Shown: positions 8,205-16,881 of the stretch, piece after piece
Position numbering within the stretch: position 1 is the first letter of the stretch
Layout: each line of letters begins with the position of its first letter
The notes under the pieces: generated by a model
Seen by the model: the letters and a program-made list of their open reading frames with translations, nothing else
What the model was told of the DNA's origin: nothing
The model's database searches: none
Made by a program: the position numbers and the translations under genes
IMG/VR virus record: IMGVR_UViG_3300021411_000020
Span: 1-24,786 of that record
Length of the DNA stretch: 24,786 nucleotides
Source: a virus
Taxonomy: Duplodnaviria; Caudoviricetes
Direction: 5' to 3' (one strand)

Positions 8205-9131
8205 ATGGCTATCCCCGACCCGTCCCTGATTGGGACTGGCAATTTCTTCATCAACCCGACTGACCTCGTGGTTGACCTGTCCGACTCCCGTAAGTACTCG
8301 TTCGTGCAGCAACTGGGCCGTCAGGTTCAGTTCGGCTATGCGGGTGGTCGGTACTTCAACGTGTCGGACCTTCAGGGCGGGTTCGTCGCGTCCGAGGCCG
8401 GTCTGAAGCCGGTCAACAACCCGGCTACGGTCAAGGGCGCGATCTCGGTCCAGGAATGGGCCGTTGTCGTCCCGATCCCGAAGCGCCTGTTCCAGGCTAA
8501 CCCGGGCAACGCCATTGAACTGATCCGCGAGCGCATCCCGCAGGCTTACGCCCGTGGCTTCGATGACCTTGCCACGACCGGTGCTGGCGTCTCGGGTCAG
8601 TCGAACCTGAGCCAGGTTACCAAGACCGTCGCTCTGGGAACCGCTTCTGTCGCCAACGGCGGCCTCTGGGCGGACTTCAACGCTGGTCTTCGCCTCCTGC
8701 TCAAGGACAAGAAGAACTTCACCGCTACCGTCCTGGACGAGGTTATCGAGCCCGATATCAACTCGGCCGTTGACCTTCAGGGTCGTCCGATCTGGAATGA
8801 CGTTCCGGTCGGTGCGGATTCCAACTCGGTTACCAACGGTCGCCTGCTCCGTCGTCCGGCCGCGTACGTCAAGGGTATCACTCAGGGTGCAGGCCCGACC
8901 GAGACCGTTGGCTACATGGGCGACTGGGACCGTCTGCTGTGGGGCCAGATCGGCGCCATGGACTTCTTCGTCTCGCAGGAAGGTACGTACACTGACAACC
9001 TCGGTGTCGTTCACTCCGCCGTCCAGGAAAACCTGATCCTGTTCCGTGCTGAGGCACTGCTCGGGGTCCAGGTTGCGGACCCTGCTGCGTTCGTTCGTGT
9101 TCTGAACGGTACCGAGCCCGCTACCAGCTAA
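8205..9131 (+). CDS. major capsid protein (HK97 fold)
   Basis: 308 aa after scaffold; DLQGRPIW, GYMGDW, QENLILFRAE..G..V.DP.AF; strong codon bias. Confidence 0.93.
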   Translation: MAIPDPSLIGTGNFFINPTDLVVDLSDSRKYSFVQQLGRQVQFGYAGGRYFNVSDLQGGFVASEAGLKPVNNPATVKGAISVQEWAVVVPIPKRLFQANPGNAIELIRERIPQAYARGFDDLATTGAGVSGQSNLSQVTKTVALGTASVANGGLWADFNAGLRLLLKDKKNFTATVLDEVIEPDINSAVDLQGRPIWNDVPVGADSNSVTNGRLLRRPAAYVKGITQGAGPTETVGYMGDWDRLLWGQIGAMDFFVSQEGTYTDNLGVVHSAVQENLILFRAEALLGVQVADPAAFVRVLNGTEPATS

Positions 9132-9153
9132 TCCTAACCGGAGGGCAATACCG

Positions 9154-10239
9154 ATGACTGAACTAGTATTGCCCTCCGGAACACGGGTCGGTGTAGATCC
9201 GGAAGGTGCGCGCCGGTTTCTCTTTCAAGGCGCACGACTTGTCAACCCGAGTCCACGGCCAGAACGCAAACGAGTCCCTCACGGTGACAAGGTCCGCGTT
9301 CTGGCCGTGGTCCACGGTTGGTTCCCGTACCTCGCAGCCGGGTCCGAGCGAATGCTCCAGCACATGCTGGACGCTCTGCCTCGGGACGAGTTCGAGGTTC
9401 ACATCCTCTCGGCAGGGGCCACGGACCCGAGACAGCACGGGACCGAGTACGAGTACGAAGGCGTAGGCGTGACCCTCGGGTATAACCCGCCCTTCACCCC
9501 GGACCTTATCGTGACGCACCACGGGCCATCGGCCCGAGTGTGCACCCAGCTCAAGGAAGAGTTCCCGGGTGTGCCCTTAGTCGCGGTCTTCCACAACGAG
9601 CGCTTAGACATTCCCGATATCCTGGCCTTGAACGCTGACTTGAACGTGTACAACACGAAGTGGGTTAAGAAGGCCATCGGCGAGAACGGTATCGTGATCC
9701 ACCCCCCACTCGAATACGAGCGCCATCACGTAGATAAGACCGGTAACGCGGTTACCCTGGTCAATCTCCAGAAGAATAAAGGTGTGGACACACTCCACCG
9801 CCTGTGCTCGCTCATGCCCGATGTCAAGTTCTTGGGCGTGACCGGCTCTCACGGCAAGCAAGAACCGATGCCGTTCCACAATCTCGAAGTTCTCCCCACT
9901 ACCCAGGACATGCGCGAGGTCTGGTCACGGACCAAGGTCCTTCTCGCTCCCTCGGAGTACGAGTCTTTCGGCATGGTCGCGGCTGAGGCCTGTGTCTCGG
10001 GCATCCCCACGATCGCGCACCCGACACCCGGCTTGGTTGAGTGCTTGGGCTTTGCCGGGATCTTCGTGGACCGAGACGACACCGCTACCTACGAGCGGGT
10101 CCTGAGACGTCTTCTCACGGACCGGCAGATGTACGAGGAGCATTCGGCCATGGCCTTTGAACGAGGCCGTCAGATCGTCGCTCAGACCCAACGCGAACTA
10201 ACTCGGTTCGTGAACGCTGTCAGGAAGTTGGTGAGGTAA
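9154..10239 (+). CDS. glycosyltransferase family 4 (GT-B fold)
   Basis: AGSERML, KNKG, LAPSEYESFGMVAAEACVSGIP (EX7E); RBS GGAGGG. Confidence 0.9.
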   Translation: MTELVLPSGTRVGVDPEGARRFLFQGARLVNPSPRPERKRVPHGDKVRVLAVVHGWFPYLAAGSERMLQHMLDALPRDEFEVHILSAGATDPRQHGTEYEYEGVGVTLGYNPPFTPDLIVTHHGPSARVCTQLKEEFPGVPLVAVFHNERLDIPDILALNADLNVYNTKWVKKAIGENGIVIHPPLEYERHHVDKTGNAVTLVNLQKNKGVDTLHRLCSLMPDVKFLGVTGSHGKQEPMPFHNLEVLPTTQDMREVWSRTKVLLAPSEYESFGMVAAEACVSGIPTIAHPTPGLVECLGFAGIFVDRDDTATYERVLRRLLTDRQMYEEHSAMAFERGRQIVAQTQRELTRFVNAVRKLVR

Positions 10240-10686
10240 ATGACCGTAGCCGTTGCTGCCGATGTCGCTGCGCGAATCGGTCGACCCCTGACCACGTTCG
10301 AGACCGCCCGGGTAACCGCGTTCTTGGAAGACTGCGAGGTCGAGATCATGCGTCTCGGACCTACCCGGCTCACGGACCCGGCATGGATCCCAGCTGTGAA
10401 GTCGGTAGAGTGTTCCGTAGTTATCCGAGCGGCTCGACTCCCGGACTCATTGGGAACTGTAGTTCCAGCGATCGAGAACGCGGGCTTTGCCTCTGCTCCA
10501 GCCGTGCAAGGTGCCATTTACCTCAGGCGTGAGGAGCGCCGTAGGCTCGGTCTCCCGCTCAGCGGTGCTGTGAACATGTCTCCGCAACCCGTCAAGATCT
10601 TCGGATTCCCCGACTGGTGGAACTCGCCCGAGGACGACGGAGATTTCGGTCCGTTCGGTGAGTGGTCTATCTGGTCGGAGTGGTGA
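10240..10686 (+). CDS. head-to-tail adaptor
   Basis: ADVAARIGRPLT..FLED..V..V.R..G.IYL..EE..LG pattern; synteny. Confidence 0.8.
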   Translation: MTVAVAADVAARIGRPLTTFETARVTAFLEDCEVEIMRLGPTRLTDPAWIPAVKSVECSVVIRAARLPDSLGTVVPAIENAGFASAPAVQGAIYLRREERRRLGLPLSGAVNMSPQPVKIFGFPDWWNSPEDDGDFGPFGEWSIWSEW

Positions 10687-10687
10687 T

Positions 10688-10993
10688 ATGGAGAATATCA
10701 ACATCTACGCCACGTGTGAGCGGATTATTGCTCACTCACCAGAGGTAGAGCAGGCTCTCGGAGATGAGACCTTCAAGATCACGGTCCTCGCTCGATCCAA
10801 GCTCGCGTCCCACTTCCACGATGGCGACCACAGGGTTACCCAGACCAAGGGCAAGGTGGATCACTTCGTGAACCTTGAAGGTCCGTCCGCGCTCTCGGTA
10901 GAGGAAGGCCACTTCTCGGGTAAGGGTCTCAACACCGTGTACGTGGAAGGTCTCCATATCCTTCGAGACTCGGTCGGAGCGAGGGTCGCATGA
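10688..10993 (+). CDS. neck/tail-completion protein (DUF5403-like)
   Basis: ATG at 10688; ALSVEEGH..EGLHILR motif; synteny. Confidence 0.7.
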   Translation: MENINIYATCERIIAHSPEVEQALGDETFKITVLARSKLASHFHDGDHRVTQTKGKVDHFVNLEGPSALSVEEGHFSGKGLNTVYVEGLHILRDSVGARVA

Positions 10994-11400
10994 CAGCTCA
11001 AATCATCGATCCGGTCTCTATCCTGACCGAGGTCCTCGAAGGGGCGGGATACACGTCCGTGCATTCGGACCTACTCACGAGCGACGCTCTTTCCAGCTCG
11101 TGCTACGTCTGGCTATCGGAACAACCTGGGAACACTCCTCATATCGCGTACGCTAACCGGCCAGCCGTAGGCGTGGCCGTGTATTCCAAAGACGGGTACA
11201 CGGCCTCTCGCCGACACGCGTACGATATTCAGGCTCTGCTCGCGGACTCTATCGGAGTCCAGTATCCGAGCGGGGGTATTCACAGGGTAATCACGGACAT
11301 TCAACCGTACAGGATGGATCTTCCCGGGATGCCGTACAACGTGGGCAGGACCTACGCTCAGTATTCACTGATAACTAGCGACTTCAGAAAGTGGAGCTAA
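10990..11400 (+). CDS. tail terminator
   Basis: 136 aa immediately before the major tail gene; ATGA overlap. Confidence 0.7.
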   Translation: MTAQIIDPVSILTEVLEGAGYTSVHSDLLTSDALSSSCYVWLSEQPGNTPHIAYANRPAVGVAVYSKDGYTASRRHAYDIQALLADSIGVQYPSGGIHRVITDIQPYRMDLPGMPYNVGRTYAQYSLITSDFRKWS

Positions 11401-11404
11401 GCTT

Positions 11405-12010
11405 ATGGCACTGCCAGGCTTGATTGACACAGGTTATTTCATTCCCTCCCGCACGGTCCTTTACACGGCCGTGACCGATACCGTGGCCCCGGCTGCGACC
11501 TCTACCGCGCTCGACACCCCGGGTGCTCCGTGGATTATCCTCGGGCACATCGGCGACGAGACCGCCTCGGGTAACGCGACATTTACCCGTGATGGTGGAT
11601 CTGTCACTACCAAGGGCTCGATCACGAAGCGGGCTATCCGCTCGCTCGTTGACCCGGTCAACTCCGGTATCGACGTGGATATCTCCCAGTGGACTCGGGG
11701 TGCTCTCGCCCTGTACCACGGCAACACCGGGGGATCGACTCCCGGCACGTTCGCTGTCGAGGGTGCCTCCGATGGTGGGGTAACCGAAACCGCGATGCTG
11801 ATCGTCTGGGAAGACGGCGCGTCCCGCGTCGGCCTGTACGCGCCTCGCGTGTCCTGGTCCGGTCGTGACGTTATCAAGACGGACTCGATCCAGGACGCGG
11901 TCCTGATCCCGCTTCACGCTGGGTTCCTGGACTCGAACACGGTCGTCGGCCCAAACTCGAAGCCTCTGCGGTACGAGTGGCTGAGCCCGTCCCTGCTCGC
12001 ACTGAGCTAG
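11405..12010 (+). CDS. major tail protein
   Basis: W..LGH, FTRDGG, ALALYHG, GLYAPRVS motifs; synteny. Confidence 0.85.
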   Translation: MALPGLIDTGYFIPSRTVLYTAVTDTVAPAATSTALDTPGAPWIILGHIGDETASGNATFTRDGGSVTTKGSITKRAIRSLVDPVNSGIDVDISQWTRGALALYHGNTGGSTPGTFAVEGASDGGVTETAMLIVWEDGASRVGLYAPRVSWSGRDVIKTDSIQDAVLIPLHAGFLDSNTVVGPNSKPLRYEWLSPSLLALS

Positions 12011-12044
12011 TAGGCTGAGCCCGCTAACGCGGGTAACCGGTAAC

Positions 12045-12080
12045 GACCGGCAGGCGGAGTCGTGGACCGCCCCTTTACTT
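12045..12080 (+). terminator. probable terminator after major tail gene
   Basis: GGCGG..CCGCC stem followed by CCTTTACTT; preceded by two further hairpins. Confidence 0.45.
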
Positions 12081-12137
12081 AGCTACCCAGTCTCCTAGCC
12101 CGGGAAACTGGTCCTTTTAGCAAACCTGGAGTTTGAT

Positions 12138-12494
12138 ATGACCGCCCTCGCAGCCCTCCGCGCCAAAGCAGCCGAGAAGTACAAGCCGTACCCGATCGAG
12201 TTCGATGACGGTACCTCGGTCACGCTCCAGTCGATTCTTGAGCTTTCGAAGGATGACTTGGCCGCGTTCAACGCCAGTTCGAAGCGCCTTACGGCGCTGG
12301 AAGAGGACCAGGATCTGGATGTTCTCCGGGAAGAGTTCATCTCGATCCTCGCGGGTGTTTCCTCGGACAAGGCCCTGACCGCGTCCAAGCTCGAAGCTGA
12401 AGGTCTGGGCACTCTGACCGTGATCTTCGAGGATTACGCGGGCTCGCTCTCGGAGGGTACCAAAAGCGAGGCAATTGCTGGAACTACTAGCTGA
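12138..12494 (+). CDS. tail assembly chaperone (G-like)
   Basis: 118 aa between major tail and tape measure; RBS GGAG. Confidence 0.82.
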   Translation: MTALAALRAKAAEKYKPYPIEFDDGTSVTLQSILELSKDDLAAFNASSKRLTALEEDQDLDVLREEFISILAGVSSDKALTASKLEAEGLGTLTVIFEDYAGSLSEGTKSEAIAGTTS

Positions 12495-12876
12495 TTACGA
12501 AGGGCCCTTGACCGCTGACTTCCAGCGCGTCTACGGGCTGAGGCTCGTCCTCGCCGTGGAAACCCATGACGAGGACGAGCTTCTCGAACTCGTAATCTGG
12601 TTACCGGCCGCGAGCGCGCTCCACTCGTGTATCGAGGCCAAGGGCGATCCGACTAAGGCCCGGCAATTGTTCGGCTGGGACGCGCAAGCGGACCTTAGTC
12701 TGGGCATCGCTAACTTGATCGCGCACCAGACATTCGTACTAGCCCAGGTCAACTCCCAGAAACGTATCACGGAGCCCGAACCCATCACCGGGCCTCGGGC
12801 TAGTCACAAGCCGAGGTCGAACCTCAATGACGCAGGCGGGATCGCAAGAGCCCTGCTCCAAGCTCAGAAGGGGTAA
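12463..12876 (+). CDS. tail assembly chaperone extension (T-like), probably reached by frameshift
   Basis: LTADFQRVYGLRL..LP..S motif; overlaps the G ORF in the +1 frame; TTG at 12475 has no well-spaced RBS. Confidence 0.75.
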   Translation, partial: KARQLLELLADYEGPLTADFQRVYGLRLVLAVETHDEDELLELVIWLPAASALHSCIEAKGDPTKARQLFGWDAQADLSLGIANLIAHQTFVLAQVNSQKRITEPEPITGPRASHKPRSNLNDAGGIARALLQAQKG

Positions 12877-12878
12877 GC

Positions 12879-15458
12879 ATGGCTATCGTCGCGACCGCGT
12901 CCGTACGGGTCAAGCCTGACCTGACCACGTTCCGAAAGGACTTGGCAGCCCAGCTCAAGGGTATTACGGCCACGGTCACGGTCGGTATCAAGCTAGACAC
13001 TGGCAAGGCCACCGCCCAAGTCGACGAGTTCGTAAAAAAGAACTCCAAGAAAAAGGTCACGGTCCAGATTGATGCAGACGCAAAGAAGCTTGACGCGGCC
13101 AGTAAGTCACTGGACAAGTTCGTCAAACCCTTTGCCCTGATCAGTCTAGGAGCAGTGGGATTTACCGCTATTCAGACCGTTCTTCAGGGAATCGTTCCGC
13201 TCTTGATCTCAGCCGCTGGTGCGGCTCTCTTGATCCCGGGCGCGATGGCAGCCGCTGGCCTTGCCATGGTCACGGTCAAGCTCGGCGCGGACGGGATTAA
13301 GAAAGCGTTCGCCCGGCTAACGCCGACCCTGAACACGCTCAAGGCAGCGGTCTCCGCTTCGTTCCAGTCCGGGCTAGCGCCTGCGGTCAACAACCTGAAA
13401 GTGATCATCCCCCAGCTAATCCCGGGGTTCAAGGGTGTGGCTTCGGCCATTTCCTCGGTCGCGGTCAGCTTCACGTCCATGCTCAAGTCCAACGCGAACG
13501 TGGTCATCCTCCGAGGCCTGCTCTCGTCCACGGCTGCTATCATCCGTAACGTGGGTGCGGCCCTGGCTCCCGTGGGACAGGCTTTCCTCACGATCGCGGG
13601 TGTGGCAGCGGGTGCGCTCGCTGGTCTTACCGGTGGATTTGGTGCGGCAGCGACGAAGTTTTCAGCGTTCGTTACCGCGTCCGCGAAGTCGGGTGCGATC
13701 TTTAACTGGATCCAGGGCGGCCTTGCGGCCTTGAAGACCTTGGGACAGATCGCGGCTCAGGTTGGTCACATCGTTCTCGCCGTGTTCCAGGGCCTGTCCT
13801 CGGGCGCGGGTAACCTCGGTGGAGCGCTTCTCCCTGCCCTGAAGGCCATCAACACGGCCTTGTCCTCGGGCGCTGGCCAGAAGGCTCTCCAGGCTCTGGG
13901 CTTCGCCTTCTCCCAGCTTGGTCAAGCAGTGGGCAAGGACTTGCTCGGTGTCCTAACAGCGGTCCTGCCGCTTATCACAGGGCTCTTGAACTTCATTGGG
14001 AACCACGCCCAGCTCGTGCTTACCCTGGCAGTGGGTATCTTTACCATGGTCAAGGCTCTGTCTTTGGCAGCTGCCGTGACCAAGGTCGTTATCCCGCTGA
14101 TGACCTTGCTTAATATCGAGATGGATGCTAACCCGATCGGTGCCGTGGTCCTCGCTATCGAGGCCTTGATCGCGGTGGTTATTCTAGTCATTGTCTATTG
14201 GAAGCCGATTATCGCTTTCTTCAAGACAGTGGGCAGCGCGATCGCTTCCGCGTTCCACGTCGCTATTGACTGGGTGGTGGGTGCGTTCCATAGCACGGTC
14301 AGTGCTATCACCGGATTCTTTGGATCGATCGGGACGTTCTTCTCCGGTATCGGGTCCTCGATCGCTTCCGGGTTCCAGGCCGTTGTAGCATTCTTCGTGG
14401 CGCTCCCGGGTAGGATCGGTAGCTTCCTGGTCTCGCTTCCGGCAGTGATCGGGAACGCGCTACTGGTCGCTCTCAAGTTCGCGCTTACCGTCGTGATCCA
14501 GGGTATCGAATGGATCATCGCCGAGTTCATCGCGTTCCCGATCCAGGTCGTACAGATCCTGATAAACTTCGGTCAGGCGATTGGGACGTTCTTCTCGACC
14601 ACGTTCGTGACTTGGGTCCAGGCATTCGCAAGCTGGATCGTGTCCGTGGTCCAGTTCTTCATCGATCTCCCGGGCAAGATCCTGGCAGCGGTGGCGAACT
14701 TCGGAGCTATGATCGGGGCCTGGATCACCACGTCCGGGGTCACACTGCTAACGAACCTCGGTAGCGTGATCGTGTCCGTGGTCCAGTTCTTCATCGACCT
14801 TCCAGGTCGAGTGATCCAGGCCGTGTCCAACTTTGGGTCTAACCTCGGGTCCTGGATCCGGACCTCGTTCAGTATCTTGGTAGCGGCCCTCCCGGGCGCG
14901 TTCTCGGCAGTAGGCTCGTTCTTCTCCAACCTCCCGAGCCGGATTCTTAGCGCGCTCGGTAACTTGGGCTCGCTTCTGCTGAGCGCTGGCGGAGATCTAG
15001 TCCGAGGTCTTTGGGCTGGAATCCAGGCAATGGCTTCCTGGCTCTGGGACAAGGTCACCGGCTTTGTCGGTGGGATCGTGGACAAGGTCAAGTCCTTGCT
15101 GAAGATCTTCTCCCCGTCCCGGGTCATGCGTGACCAGGTCGGTAAGTACATCGCTCAGGGTATCGGTGTCGGTATCGAGGCCGAAGCCCCGTTCGTGTAC
15201 AAGAAACTGGACGCTCTCGCCAGCGGAATCTCTAACCAGATTTCGGGCTTTGGCGTAGGAATGTCCTTGTCTGATCAATTGGCCGGAACGTTCAACACAG
15301 CGGTCGCGGCTTCGGCCTCGATCGTGGCCACTCCGGTAGTCGTGAACGTGTCTCCGAACCCGGAAGGTATCAAGGACTTTATCAACGTCCAGGTCGATAG
15401 CAACAACCGTCAGATCGTTCGTGGGGCTAAGGCCGGAACCGGAGGTACGACCACATGA
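12879..15458 (+). CDS. tape measure protein
   Basis: 859 aa Ala/Gly-rich; MDANPIG, periodic aromatic repeats, IFSPSRVMRDQVG. Confidence 0.95.
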   Translation: MAIVATASVRVKPDLTTFRKDLAAQLKGITATVTVGIKLDTGKATAQVDEFVKKNSKKKVTVQIDADAKKLDAASKSLDKFVKPFALISLGAVGFTAIQTVLQGIVPLLISAAGAALLIPGAMAAAGLAMVTVKLGADGIKKAFARLTPTLNTLKAAVSASFQSGLAPAVNNLKVIIPQLIPGFKGVASAISSVAVSFTSMLKSNANVVILRGLLSSTAAIIRNVGAALAPVGQAFLTIAGVAAGALAGLTGGFGAAATKFSAFVTASAKSGAIFNWIQGGLAALKTLGQIAAQVGHIVLAVFQGLSSGAGNLGGALLPALKAINTALSSGAGQKALQALGFAFSQLGQAVGKDLLGVLTAVLPLITGLLNFIGNHAQLVLTLAVGIFTMVKALSLAAAVTKVVIPLMTLLNIEMDANPIGAVVLAIEALIAVVILVIVYWKPIIAFFKTVGSAIASAFHVAIDWVVGAFHSTVSAITGFFGSIGTFFSGIGSSIASGFQAVVAFFVALPGRIGSFLVSLPAVIGNALLVALKFALTVVIQGIEWIIAEFIAFPIQVVQILINFGQAIGTFFSTTFVTWVQAFASWIVSVVQFFIDLPGKILAAVANFGAMIGAWITTSGVTLLTNLGSVIVSVVQFFIDLPGRVIQAVSNFGSNLGSWIRTSFSILVAALPGAFSAVGSFFSNLPSRILSALGNLGSLLLSAGGDLVRGLWAGIQAMASWLWDKVTGFVGGIVDKVKSLLKIFSPSRVMRDQVGKYIAQGIGVGIEAEAPFVYKKLDALASGISNQISGFGVGMSLSDQLAGTFNTAVAASASIVATPVVVNVSPNPEGIKDFINVQVDSNNRQIVRGAKAGTGGTTT
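14636..14797 (+). repeat. 30-bp perfect direct repeat within tape measure
   Basis: GATCGTGTCCGTGGTCCAGTTCTTCATCGA at 14636-14665 and 14768-14797 (132-bp period). Confidence 0.85.
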
Positions 15459-16873
15459 GCGTGACCGCTACGTACAATCCTGACATCGGCCGTGTCCAGC
15501 TCGTGTTTAACGGGTTCGACACGGCCGTTGATCAGGCCAAGGTCGAGCGCCTCGACCCGAACGGTGTGACCTGGTCCGTGATCCGGGGCGGTGACGTAGT
15601 CGCTGTCACGGCGGGAGCAGGGGCTATTGACGACTTCGAGTTCGTGCCCGGGGTCCTGAATACGTACAGGGTCTCGGGTGTAGACACAGGCTTTGCCACG
15701 TTCGTAGCTCAGGGCGCGCAAGCAACCGGCAATAACACGGCCCTTGTCCCGGCTCTCCCAGCGGGCTTGGTCCCGGGCGATACGATGCTCTTGTTCGCGG
15801 CTATCCAGAACTCGGGTACGGGTACGCCCCCTGCCACGATCACTGGCTGGACTCAGCTCGTGACCTATGGCCCGGTCGCGATCTACTCGCGCCGGTACGT
15901 GACCGGTGACGTAGCCCCGACCGTGACCTTTGTCGGCGGGGCAGTGGGTGCGTCCACGTCCGCGTACATCGCAGCGTGGCGGAACATGCTGGACACGTCC
16001 GAGTCCCTCACAGGGCTTATCCCGACCTCGCAACAGAACATCCCAATCAACTTTATAACCCTGAACGCGACCGGACGCACGGTCGTGTCGTTTGCTTGGA
16101 AGCAAAATGGCGCGGCTACAGCCGGGTCCACGCTCGTGCCCGGGTTCACGTCCACGGTCACGCTGGCGAACGCTCTCGGGTCGGGACAGTCCCTGTTCTA
16201 CTCGTACCGGCCAGCGGACGGGACTATCCCGGTCCTTTCCGGGCAGACCCTAACCGTGACCGGCGGTGTGGCAGCGATCTCGAGAAGCCTGATCATGAGC
16301 TTTGCACCCGCTCCGTACCAGATTCAGCAGACGGCCACGATCACGCCGACGTTCGCGTACGGCGAGTACTGGCTCAAGAACCCGTCCAGGCCCGGACTCA
16401 ATATCCCGGTCACGGTCGTGGATATCGGGGACATTTCTCGTCCCGCTCGAACGGCCACGTTCGATGTTCTTGGGCGCACCCTCCCAGTAGCGGTCACGGA
16501 CGTGCAAGGGTCACGGCGCTTTGACCTGACCCTGGACTGCCCGGACAACGCCACAGCGGCGGACATGGACAATCGCCTGTCAACGGGCGACCCTATGTTC
16601 CTGCAAGGACCCGGTCCCAATGACATTGTCCCTACCGTCTACTTCGTAGCCGGAGACGTAACCAAAACCCGGGACGTCAAGGGGTGTGGCTCTACCACGT
16701 TCACGATCCCGGTCACGGAAGTGGCTAGGCCAGGGAACACGGTCTACGGCCTGACTTACGTCTGGCAGGATGTTATTAACGGGTACGCAACCTGGGCCGA
16801 TGTCTTGGCTGCTGTCGCTACCTGGTCCGATCTGATCTCCAAGGTGTCGAACACAGTCGTAATCGTAAGCTAA
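15455..16873 (+). CDS. minor tail protein (distal-tail-like, with inserted domain)
   Basis: First gene after TMP; WLKNPSRP, VLGRTLPVAVTDV, C-terminal TW.DV repeats. Confidence 0.8.
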   Translation: MSVTATYNPDIGRVQLVFNGFDTAVDQAKVERLDPNGVTWSVIRGGDVVAVTAGAGAIDDFEFVPGVLNTYRVSGVDTGFATFVAQGAQATGNNTALVPALPAGLVPGDTMLLFAAIQNSGTGTPPATITGWTQLVTYGPVAIYSRRYVTGDVAPTVTFVGGAVGASTSAYIAAWRNMLDTSESLTGLIPTSQQNIPINFITLNATGRTVVSFAWKQNGAATAGSTLVPGFTSTVTLANALGSGQSLFYSYRPADGTIPVLSGQTLTVTGGVAAISRSLIMSFAPAPYQIQQTATITPTFAYGEYWLKNPSRPGLNIPVTVVDIGDISRPARTATFDVLGRTLPVAVTDVQGSRRFDLTLDCPDNATAADMDNRLSTGDPMFLQGPGPNDIVPTVYFVAGDVTKTRDVKGCGSTTFTIPVTEVARPGNTVYGLTYVWQDVINGYATWADVLAAVATWSDLISKVSNTVVIVS

Positions 16874-16881
16874 GGAGAGCC

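Noticed and set aside
14636-14797. 30-bp repeat as a CRISPR or DGR template/variable repeat
   Set aside because: Two identical in-frame copies matching the tape-measure 44-aa period; no spacer array, adenine-specific changes or reverse transcriptase.
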